Assembly: GCA_964503765.1 (NCBI GenBank)
Contig: CAZDBQ010000121.1
Coordinates: 1 to 11,024, forward strand
Direction: 5' to 3'
DNA length: 11,024 nt
Source of the DNA: an uncultured Planctomycetia bacterium
Lineage (GTDB): Bacteria; Omnitrophota; Gorgyraeia; 2-02-FULL-51-18
Of the stretch, positions 1-6,200 are shown piece after piece; position 1 is the stretch's first letter; the number at the start of each line of letters is the position of its first letter. The position numbers and the translations under genes are program-made. The notes under the pieces are model-generated. The model was not told where the DNA came from. It made no database searches and saw only the letters and a program-made list of their open reading frames with translations.

Positions 1-96
1 AGGAGAAAAAGAAAGGCAAAGCAGGGCAAAGTCATAAATTTAGCTCGTTTTGACATTTCATAACTATACTGGAAACAATAGGTTATGTCAATTCTG

Positions 97-126
97 TTGA
101 ACCTCCTAGAGGCCTTGTGCTATAGT
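97..126 (+). promoter_or_regulatory. candidate sigma70-type promoter for smpB (-35 TTGAAC 97-102, 18-nt spacer, -10 TATAGT 121-126)
   Basis: Hexamers read directly from the sequence. The -10 ends 7 nt before the ATG at 134, so the transcript would be leaderless or nearly so, and no SD precedes the start. A consensus TTGACA also occurs at 50-55 but has no properly spaced -10. Confidence 0.3.
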
Positions 127-133
127 GACCCTT

Positions 134-607
134 ATGAAGGAAAAGAGCCCAGACCCCGTTATTACCACCAATAGAGAAGCCGGCCGCGACTATTTTATCC
201 TGGAAACGCTGGAAGCTGGGATAGTGCTTGTTGGCTGCGAAGTGAAATCTCTGAGAGAAAGGCAGGCTAGTCTTTCGGGCAGCTTTGCCCGGGTCGATGG
301 AGAGGAGCTCTTTTTGTACAATCTTTTTATCGCCCCTTATGAAATGGGTAACCGCGAAAATCCCGAGCCGCTCCGCACGCGTAAGCTTTTAGTTCATCGA
401 TCTCAAATACACAAGCTGAAAGCCAAGACGATGGAAAAGGGCCTGCTGCTTGTTCCTCTTAAGATGTATTTCAATAAGGAAGGCCGGGCAAAAGTTGAGC
501 TGGCGGTGGCCAAGGGAAAGAAGCATCATGACAAACGGTCGGACCTAAAAAAGCAATCGGCCTCACGCGAGATTGACCGTGAGATAAAGAATAGAAATAG
601 GAACTAA
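134..607 (+). CDS. smpB: SsrA-binding protein SmpB
   Basis: The translation (MKEKSPDPVITTNREAGRDYFILETLEAGIVLVGCEVKSLR...) aligns with the SmpB family (E. coli ...[29 protein letters not shown]...). It is about 157 aa and carries the typical basic C-terminal tail, and tmRNA lies immediately downstream. The ORF opens at GTG 125. ATG 134 gives the N-terminal length matching homologues, but the start remains ambiguous between 125 and 134. Confidence 0.9.
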   Translation: MKEKSPDPVITTNREAGRDYFILETLEAGIVLVGCEVKSLRERQASLSGSFARVDGEELFLYNLFIAPYEMGNRENPEPLRTRKLLVHRSQIHKLKAKTMEKGLLLVPLKMYFNKEGRAKVELAVAKGKKHHDKRSDLKKQSASREIDREIKNRNRN

Positions 608-626
608 ATTGAGGTATGATTGAATT

Positions 627-1007
627 GGGGGCGACAGGAATCGATCTGGCTCTTTGATCCGATAGTGGCATGTGGAGGTTGTCGGGCGGCCTCCTTAAAC
701 ACCTGACAAAAATCAAACGCTAAAAACACGATACAGGTGCCGTTCGCGGCACCGATGGCGTTCCGCCTAGCCGCCTAAAAACGGTTAGCCGTCCGCCCAT
801 CCTCGTCTGTGGGGTGGGGCCGGGCGTCGACAACAGACTGGTCAAATCCGCGCGTCCTTGGCGTATTTGGCGAGAGCGACAGAGGGCTTGCTCTTCAGAA
901 TTGCGTTAACTCAAGTCTGAAGAGGACGCTAATAAGTTGACTAAGCATGTAGAGGCTACGGACCTCGAAGGTTAGAGACGCGAGTTCAAATCTCGCCGCC
1001 TCCACCA
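627..1007 (+). ncRNA. ssrA: transfer-messenger RNA (tmRNA, one-piece)
   Basis: The 5' GGGGGCG (627-633) pairs with the 3' CGCCUCC (994-1000), followed by discriminator A and CCA (1001-1007). The stem includes the G3:U pair that is the alanine identity element. The T-arm is GACGCGAGUUCAAAUCUCGCC. The 3' domain CUAAGCAUGUAGAGGCUACGGACCUCGAAGGUUAGAGACGCGAGUUCAAAUCUCGCCGCCUCCACCA closely resembles E. coli tmRNA (CUAAGCAUGUAGUACCGAGGAUGUAGGAAUUUCGGACGCGGGUUCAACUCCCGCCAGCUCCACCA). An internal tag reading frame ends ...RLAA-TAA, and the gene sits directly 3' of smpB. Confidence 0.88.
719..778 (+). other. predicted tmRNA tag-peptide reading frame (GCT resume codon at 719 to TAA at 776-778; tag AKNTIQVPFAAPMAFRLAA)
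   Basis: The GCT at tmRNA nt 93 matches the position of the E. coli resume codon (nt 90) and is preceded by an A-rich stretch. The frame runs 19 codons to TAA and ends in the canonical hydrophobic ...LAA. Shorter alternatives (resume at GCG 746 or GCA 749, giving AAPMAFRLAA) cannot be excluded from sequence alone. Confidence 0.4.
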
Positions 1008-1039
1008 TTAAAACCCCAGAGTTAATAGGAGGGATGATC

Positions 1040-1423
1040 ATGGCTAAGAAAGCGAAGCAGCTTCAGTTTTCCACCCCCAACCGGCCCGGTGTGCTGGCCA
1101 GCGTGACCGACGCTTTGAAAAAAGCGCGTATCAATATCGTGGACATTTGCGCGTGGGGAGAGGGTTCAAAAGCTTGTTTTGGGCTCATTACCACTCGTAA
1201 TGCGGCAGCCAAGAAGGCCTTGAAGAAATTAGGCTTCTCAGCATCCGAAAAAGAAGTCCTTCTGCTCAATCTCAAAAACAGCGTAGGCTCACTCAGCCGC
1301 GTCGCGCGAAAGCTGGCAAAGGCAAAGGTGAATATCACATGCCTGGATGCCACAACGGCCGGCAAAAGAGCGACGGTTCTGATTAATACCAGCAACAACA
1401 AGAAAGCGGCGCGTTTAGTTTAA
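1040..1423 (+). CDS. stand-alone tandem ACT-domain protein (regulatory ligand-binding fold), function unknown
   Basis: Two repeats of roughly 60 aa carry ACT-like signatures ([23 protein letters not shown]... and [24 protein letters not shown]...). A strong SD, AGGAGG, lies at 1027-1032, 7 nt before ATG 1040. The ORF also has an in-frame ATG at 1034, but its spacing to the SD is too short. Confidence 0.65.
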   Translation: MAKKAKQLQFSTPNRPGVLASVTDALKKARINIVDICAWGEGSKACFGLITTRNAAAKKALKKLGFSASEKEVLLLNLKNSVGSLSRVARKLAKAKVNITCLDATTAGKRATVLINTSNNKKAARLV

Positions 1424-1455
1424 TCGTTTACCCCTGAAGTCAAAGGAGTCCCAAG

Positions 1456-2214
1456 ATGCCAGTCATCTTTTTTTTGCCTTTTATCATCATTTTAGCGTCC
1501 TTATCAATCAGGATTATCCAGCAGTACCAAAATTCCGTCGTGTTTACGCTGGGGAAATTCACTAGAATTTTGAAGCCTGGCTTCAATTTAATTATTCCCA
1601 TTATCGAATGGACGAACACGATCGATATGCGCGTTCTTACGCGTGACATCCCCAGGCAACAGGTGATCACTAAAGATAACGTGCCGGTCACGATCAATGG
1701 CGTGGTGTATTTCAGAGTTGTCAATGCCGCTACCTCTATTATTGAGGTGCAGGATTACAACTACGCGATTTCCCAGTACTCTCAGGCGGCCTTGCGTGAT
1801 GTCGTCGGAGGCATGACATTCGACGACCTCTTGGCGGAGCGGCAGAAGATCGGGGAAGAAATCGAAAAGATCGTCAGAACTGAAAGCGCCAACTGGGGTC
1901 TTGAAGTGGCGGCAATTAAGATTCAGGACGTCGATGTGCCCGAGGACTTGAAGAAGATGATGTCACGGCAAGCATCCGCCGAAAGAGAGAAACGCGCGAC
2001 GATCACGAAGGCGGAAGGGGACAAGCTGGCGGCGTTTAACCTGGCTGAGGCGGCGCACACAATGCATGAAAGCCCTGGCGCGATGCAGCTGCGTACTCTG
2101 CAGACGATTGATGGCTTAGGCCCGACGGCCTCAAACACGGTGATCCTCGCGGTTCCGGTGGAGCTTATGGAGCTGGTCAAAGCTTATACGAATAAAATAG
2201 AAAAAAAAGTTTAA
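1456..2214 (+). CDS. SPFH/band-7 family membrane protein (stomatin-like, QmcA/YbbK-type)
   Basis: The N-terminus has a transmembrane segment (MPVIFFLPFIIILASLSIRII). The SPFH core ...QQVITKDNVPVTINGVVYFRVVNAATSIIEVQDYNYAISQYSQAALRDVVGGMTFDDLLAERQKIGEEI... aligns with E. coli QmcA, and a coiled-coil C-terminus follows. SD AAGGAG at 1443-1448 lies 7 nt before the ATG. Confidence 0.85.
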   Translation: MPVIFFLPFIIILASLSIRIIQQYQNSVVFTLGKFTRILKPGFNLIIPIIEWTNTIDMRVLTRDIPRQQVITKDNVPVTINGVVYFRVVNAATSIIEVQDYNYAISQYSQAALRDVVGGMTFDDLLAERQKIGEEIEKIVRTESANWGLEVAAIKIQDVDVPEDLKKMMSRQASAEREKRATITKAEGDKLAAFNLAEAAHTMHESPGAMQLRTLQTIDGLGPTASNTVILAVPVELMELVKAYTNKIEKKV

Positions 2215-2236
2215 GTAAAATTTAGAAAGTAATTTT

Positions 2237-2806
2237 TTGAACACAAAACAAAAGAAAACAAATCTTGTCTGGGTCGACCTTGAGATGACAGGGCTGGATC
2301 CCAAAAAATGCACCATTCTTGAAATTGGGGCTATTGTCACGGATGGGGAGCTCAATGTCATCGCCGAAGGGCCTTTTTTAGCGGTCCATCACAGCGAAAA
2401 GACACTGCGCTCGATGGAGGCGTGGAGCAAACACCACCATAAACTTTCCGGTCTCACCGACGCTTGCCGCGAGTCCAAGTTTTCCCTCAAGAAGGCCGAG
2501 GACGAGGTCCTTAAGTTCGTGAAAGAACACTGCAAGGAAAAGACGGCGCCTCTCTGCGGCAATACGATCTGGCAGGACAGGCGTTTTCTCATTAAATACA
2601 TGCCTCGTCTTGAATCCTACCTGCATTATCGCGTGATTGACGTGAGTTCCGTGAAGGAGCTTGTGGTGCGCTGGTATGGCAAGGACCACAAGGTGCCCCG
2701 CCTTAAAAAGCAGACGCATCGTGTTTGTGAGGATATTCGGGAGTCCATCGAAGAGCTTAAGCACTACCGCCAAAAAGTTTTCATTCCCCTGGGCAAGTCC
2801 AACTGA
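2237..2806 (+). CDS. orn: oligoribonuclease (DEDDh 3'-5' exonuclease)
   Basis: ...[46 protein letters not shown]...[17 protein letters not shown]...[12 protein letters not shown]... is collinear with E. coli Orn ([27 protein letters not shown]...CGNSIGQDRRFLFKYMP). The only start that retains the catalytic D-x-E motif is TTG at 2237; the nearest ATG, at 2285, would delete it. No SD is present; the leader is A-rich. Confidence 0.85.
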   Translation: [189 protein letters not shown]

Positions 2807-3070
2807 GCGTCCACCAAATAATGGATACGCTGGCTGAGCCAATTTTGGAACGAGACAAGGAAAGAGGAGGAGGAATAGTGTTAACTATGCCGACGACGAG
2901 TGACGCAGTCGCAGTCCAAAATAGGCCAGCCCCTTCGGGGAAGCCCCATCTTTGGTCGTCTGCTTCGTTGCTCCTCCTCGGCGGGCTTAAAAGCACACCT
3001 CGTCGTCGCGCCTTGCATACGACACAAATCTGGGGCTTCCAGCATATCCATTATTTGGTGGACGCTCAGT
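2802..3070. repeat. 269-bp element bounded by a perfect 26-bp terminal inverted repeat (ACTGAGCGTCCACCAAATAATGGATA at 2802-2827; exact reverse complement at 3045-3070); MITE-like insertion, invertible DNA segment or structured RNA
   Basis: The inverted repeat was verified base by base and is 26/26 perfect, with mismatches immediately outside (2801/3071) and inside (2828/3044). The 217-bp interior contains three further perfect complementary block pairs: 2864-2872/2971-2979, 2891-2900/2999-3008 and 2939-2948/3031-3040. The left repeat overlaps the orn stop codon (TGA 2804-2806). None of the ORFs in the interior looks like a protein. Confidence 0.6.
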
Positions 3071-3124
3071 AAAGTGTCCGTTTTTCCAGTTTCATCCCAA
3101 AAAATCCAAGAACTACGAATCAAG

Positions 3125-3487
3125 ATGGAGAAGTTAGGCCTTAAGGAGTCTGACTTTGAGGAAAACTTTATTCGCTCCGGGGGACCAGGGGGCCAGAATG
3201 TCAACAAGGTCTCTACCTGCGTTGTTTTAAGGCATGGGCCGACAGGCTTGGAAGTGCGCTGTCAGCGGGAACGTTCGCAGGCCCTCAATCGTTACCTTGC
3301 CAGGCGCCTTTTGGTCAGCAAACTCGAAGAGCGCGTTTTAGGGATCGCCTCAGAGCGGCGAATGGCCATCGAGAAGATACGCCGCCAGAAACGAAAACGT
3401 TCGAAGAGAGCCAAAGACAAGATGCTTCAAAATAAAAAGCATCAATCCCTTAAAAAGTCCCTGCGCGCCCGGCCGTCCGATTTTTAA
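3125..3487 (+). CDS. arfB: ArfB/ICT1-family peptidyl-tRNA hydrolase (RF-1 GGQ domain protein, alternative ribosome rescue factor B-like), compact variant
   Basis: The GGQ motif sits in ...DFEENFIRSGGPGGQNVNKVSTCVVLRH..., which aligns with E. coli ArfB (...[29 protein letters not shown]...). It is followed by ...RERSQALNR... (compare EYRSQELNRE) and a Lys/Arg-rich C-terminal tail (RRQKRKRSKRAKDK...), as in ArfB. The start is uncertain. ATG 3125 has no SD, while an in-frame GTG at 3074 is preceded by GGTGGA (3057-3062). The reading frame is open back to 2900 through the inverted-repeat element. Confidence 0.72.
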   Translation: MEKLGLKESDFEENFIRSGGPGGQNVNKVSTCVVLRHGPTGLEVRCQRERSQALNRYLARRLLVSKLEERVLGIASERRMAIEKIRRQKRKRSKRAKDKMLQNKKHQSLKKSLRARPSDF

Positions 3488-4338
3488 GCCGACTGGCCGT
3501 CGAGGGCGTGAAGGCCGTTGAGCGCCAGGCCATTCTCGGAGTTGATCGACAGGGCGTCCTGAAAAGCCTCCTTGGCTTTGATAAATTCTCCCAAAATCAG
3601 GTACGCGTAACCAAGGTTTGTGTAGGCCAAATCATCCTCCGGGTTTTGGAGGACAATATTTTCATAGAACGGCGTGATTTCGTTTAGATTTTCGGGGTCA
3701 ATGTGCGCGGCGTTCTGGAAGGCGGCCTCGGCCTTTTCGTAGGAGCCAGACAAAAGATAGGTGTGGCCCATGATGATGTAGGCTTGGTCATCATCCGGAT
3801 TTGTCAGTACAATTTCCTCATAGAGCTTGGCCGCCTCGGCGAGTTTCTTTTGGGCGACGAGCTCGAGCGCCATTTCGTGCATGGCTTCAACGGAAAGCTT
3901 TGTCTGGCCCCGCACGACCGGGGGAAGTGGTTTCTCGACAGGCTCTGGCGCCTCGGGCGCGGGCCGCGGACTCTCATCCACAACTGGTAGCTCCACTGAA
4001 GCTTTTCTGATGAGCAGGTCCTTCATGATTTCATGCGCCTGTTTTTCCACGGACAGCTGCGATAAAAGTCTTGTGCGATCCGCCTCGAAGGCTAGAATCT
4101 TGTAGGTGAGGTTCTCGAGTTTTCGCTCTATTTCCTGCGTTGGCCCGATGGCTTCTCTTCTCTTTAACCGGGCGTATTCGGCCATGGAAGGGGCCAGCAG
4201 TGAGCGGTTAGCGGCTAGAGATTTTAATACGAGGGTATCCTGAGTTTGGAGGGGTGCTTCTTCCGCGAATAGCAAAGACCCGCTCACGAAAACAGACATC
4301 ATCGCGGCCAAAATAGTTAGCGGACACTTTATCTTCAT
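3484..4338 (-). CDS. secreted or periplasmic TPR-repeat protein
   Basis: An N-terminal signal peptide (MKIKCPLTILAAMMSVFVSGSLLFAEEAP) is followed by a coiled-coil region, a Pro-rich linker (PRPAPEAPEPVEKPLPPV) and two duplicated TPR-like units (YEEIVLTNPDDDQAYIIMGHTYLLSGSYEKAEAAFQNAAHIDPEN / YENIVLQNPEDDLAYTNLGYAYLILGEFIKAKEAFQDALSINSEN). The gene converges on the arfB-like gene with a 4-nt overlap. Confidence 0.78.
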   Translation of the reverse strand: MKIKCPLTILAAMMSVFVSGSLLFAEEAPLQTQDTLVLKSLAANRSLLAPSMAEYARLKRREAIGPTQEIERKLENLTYKILAFEADRTRLLSQLSVEKQAHEIMKDLLIRKASVELPVVDESPRPAPEAPEPVEKPLPPVVRGQTKLSVEAMHEMALELVAQKKLAEAAKLYEEIVLTNPDDDQAYIIMGHTYLLSGSYEKAEAAFQNAAHIDPENLNEITPFYENIVLQNPEDDLAYTNLGYAYLILGEFIKAKEAFQDALSINSENGLALNGLHALDGQSA

Positions 4339-4386
4339 TGAAATAGTTAAACCCTCTTTAAGTAAGAACTAGGGTAACATTTTAAC

Positions 4387-4415
4387 TCGACAAAAGCGCA
4401 TTAAGATAGCATAAT
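4387..4415 (+). promoter_or_regulatory. candidate promoter for pckG (-35 TCGACA 4387-4392, 17-nt spacer, -10 CATAAT 4410-4415)
   Basis: Hexamers read directly from the sequence. The -10 ends 9 nt before ATG 4425, which implies a very short or absent leader. No SD precedes the start. Confidence 0.25.
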
Positions 4416-4424
4416 TATTGACCT

Positions 4425-6200
4425 ATGAAATTAGAAGAAAAAACACTTACCCAGAATTCGCATGTCACAGGTTGGATCAATGAGATGACCTCTCTTTGCC
4501 AGCCGGATCGCATTGTTTGGTGCGACGGAAGCGAAGCGGAAAAAAAGCGCCTGACGGACGAAGCCGCCTCGACCGGCGAGATTGAGCTTTTAAATCAGGA
4601 AAAGCTTCCCGGCTGTATTTTCCATAGAACGGCCGAAAACGACGTGGCTAGAACAGAGCACCTGACTTTTATCTGTACCCGTGGCAAAGACGACGCCGGC
4701 CCTACCAACAATTGGATGGATCCCAAAGAGGCTTACGAGAAACTGACTTCAATCTTTAAGGGCTCGATGAAGGGCCGGACGATGTACGTGGTGCCTTTTA
4801 TCATGGGCCCGGCGGGCTCTCCTTTAAGCAAAGTGGGTGTTCAGCTGACGGACAGCATCTACGTGGTTTTAAATATGCGCATCATGACCCGCATGGGACT
4901 CATCGCCTTAAAACAATTAGGCCAATCAAACGATTTTACGCGCTGCCTTCACGGCAAAGAAGATTTAAATATTGATCGTCGTTACATCTGCCATTTTCCC
5001 GAGGACAATACCATTTGGAGTGTTGGTTCAGGCTACGGCGGAAACGCGCTCTTGGGCAAGAAATGTCTCGCGTTGAGAATAGGAAGCTACCTTGGCAGGA
5101 CCCAAGGGTGGATGGCTGAGCACATGCTGATCGTCGGTATCCAAAATCCGAAGGGCGAGATTCGCTATATCACCGCGGCTTTTCCCAGCCAATGCGGCAA
5201 GACAAATCTCGCCATGCTTATTCCTCCTGACAGTCTGAAGGGCTACAAGGTCTGGACAGTAGGGGATGATATTGCTTGGTTAAAAATTGGGCCCGACGGA
5301 AGGCTTTGGGCCATTAACCCGGAGGCCGGTTTTTTTGGAGTCGCGCCCGGCACCAATAAGAAATCCAACCCCAACGCGCTCGCTACGGTTCAGAAAGACA
5401 CGATTTTCACGAATGTGGTTCTTAAAAAAGACAAAACGGTATGGTGGGAAGGCCTAGAAGAGCCTCCCAGCGAGGGCCTTGATTGGAGAGGGAAACCCTG
5501 GACGCCCGCTTCAGCGGAAAAGGGCGCCCACCCGAACAGCCGTTTTACCGCGCCCGCCGCGCAGTGTCCCTCGATTTCTCCGGAATGGGAGAATCCGCAA
5601 GGCGTGCCGATCTCCGCGATTATTTTTGGCGGACGCCGCGCGAAGCTGGCGCCGCTTGTTTATGAAACTTTGAATTGGCAGCACGGGGTTTATGTGGGAG
5701 CTACGATGGCGTCTGAGACAACGGCTGCCGCGACAAGCGCTGTGGGTGTGGTGCGCCGCGACCCCATGGCGATGCTGCCTTTCTGCGGCTATCACGTAGG
5801 AGATTATTTTAGTCATTGGTTAAAAATGGGGAAAGCGGCCGCGAAGCCCCCGAAGATATTTCATGTCAACTGGTTTAGGACTAACGCGCAAGGCAAGTTT
5901 ATCTGGCCCGGTTTTGGAGAAAATCTACGGGTGCTTTTATGGATTCTAGACCGCGTGGAGGGGAAAGCCAGCGCTAAAACCACGCCCATAGGGCATGTGC
6001 CGACTCCCGATTCCCTTAATCTTTCAGGGTTGGACATCAATAAGGAAACCCTTCAGGATTTGTTGGCCGTTGATCGCAAAGAGTGGGAAACGGATATTGA
6101 AGGACAGACAGAATTTTTCAATAAAGTCGGAAGCCGTCTCCCCAAAGAAATTCTTGCCGAACAGGCTAGCCTTAGAGAGCGTCTGAAAACTCAGTCTTGA
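4425..6200 (+). CDS. pckG: phosphoenolpyruvate carboxykinase (GTP)
   Basis: The 591-aa product carries hallmark GTP-PEPCK motifs, including ...YICHFPEDNTIWSVGSGYGGNALLGKKCLALRIGS..., the kinase-1a/P-loop AAFPSQCGKTNLAML, ...WTVGDDIAWLK..., and the FGGRR nucleotide-binding segment (IIFGGRRAKLAPLV). Confidence 0.92.
   Translation: MKLEEKTLTQNSHVTGWINEMTSLCQPDRIVWCDGSEAEKKRLTDEAASTGEIELLNQEKLPGCIFHRTAENDVARTEHLTFICTRGKDDAGPTNNWMDPKEAYEKLTSIFKGSMKGRTMYVVPFIMGPAGSPLSKVGVQLTDSIYVVLNMRIMTRMGLIALKQLGQSNDFTRCLHGKEDLNIDRRYICHFPEDNTIWSVGSGYGGNALLGKKCLALRIGSYLGRTQGWMAEHMLIVGIQNPKGEIRYITAAFPSQCGKTNLAMLIPPDSLKGYKVWTVGDDIAWLKIGPDGRLWAINPEAGFFGVAPGTNKKSNPNALATVQKDTIFTNVVLKKDKTVWWEGLEEPPSEGLDWRGKPWTPASAEKGAHPNSRFTAPAAQCPSISPEWENPQGVPISAIIFGGRRAKLAPLVYETLNWQHGVYVGATMASETTAAATSAVGVVRRDPMAMLPFCGYHVGDYFSHWLKMGKAAAKPPKIFHVNWFRTNAQGKFIWPGFGENLRVLLWILDRVEGKASAKTTPIGHVPTPDSLNLSGLDINKETLQDLLAVDRKEWETDIEGQTEFFNKVGSRLPKEILAEQASLRERLKTQS

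Noticed and set aside
1063-1401. Minus-strand ORF of 112 aa antisense to the ACT-domain gene
   Set aside because: It completely overlaps a gene that has a strong SD. It has no SD and no recognisable domain, and its composition is typical of an antisense frame.
2378-2842. Minus-strand ORFs of 154 aa and 70 aa antisense to orn
   Set aside because: They are nested in the orn coding sequence, which has clear homology support, and have no features of a real protein.
2802-3070. Considered whether the structured element is a known housekeeping RNA (RNase P RNA, 6S RNA, SRP/4.5S RNA, group II intron fragment, hammerhead ribozyme) or a retron msr-msd
   Set aside because: It lacks conserved RNase P P4 sequences such as GGAAAGUCCGG, the SRP domain IV motif, and intron domain V. 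CUGAGCG and CUGAGCC do not fit the hammerhead CUGANGA core. No reverse transcriptase gene is adjacent, as a retron would require. A perfect 26-bp stem is atypical for these RNAs.
2821-3207. ORFs 2821..3072 (+, 83 aa), 2881..3207 (-, 108 aa) and 2781..2996 (-, 71 aa) inside or across the inverted-repeat element
   Set aside because: The translations are low-complexity or Arg/Pro-rich with no recognisable domain. They overlap each other, and they are better explained by the structured, repeat-rich DNA. Only the 61-codon sub-frame from ATG 2887, behind a super-SD, is kept as a low-confidence hypothesis in the findings.
3703-4105. Plus-strand ORFs 3703..3990, 3801..4010 and 3827..4105
   Set aside because: They are antisense to and nested within the well-supported TPR gene in a GC-rich stretch. 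The translations are Arg/Gly/Ala/Ser-rich and typical of spurious frames.
5479-5816. Small ORFs 5479..5673 (+), 5483..5665 (+) and 5511..5816 (-) inside pckG
   Set aside because: They are alternative frames of a conserved enzyme gene. They are Arg-rich and low-complexity, and are artefacts of the local high GC.
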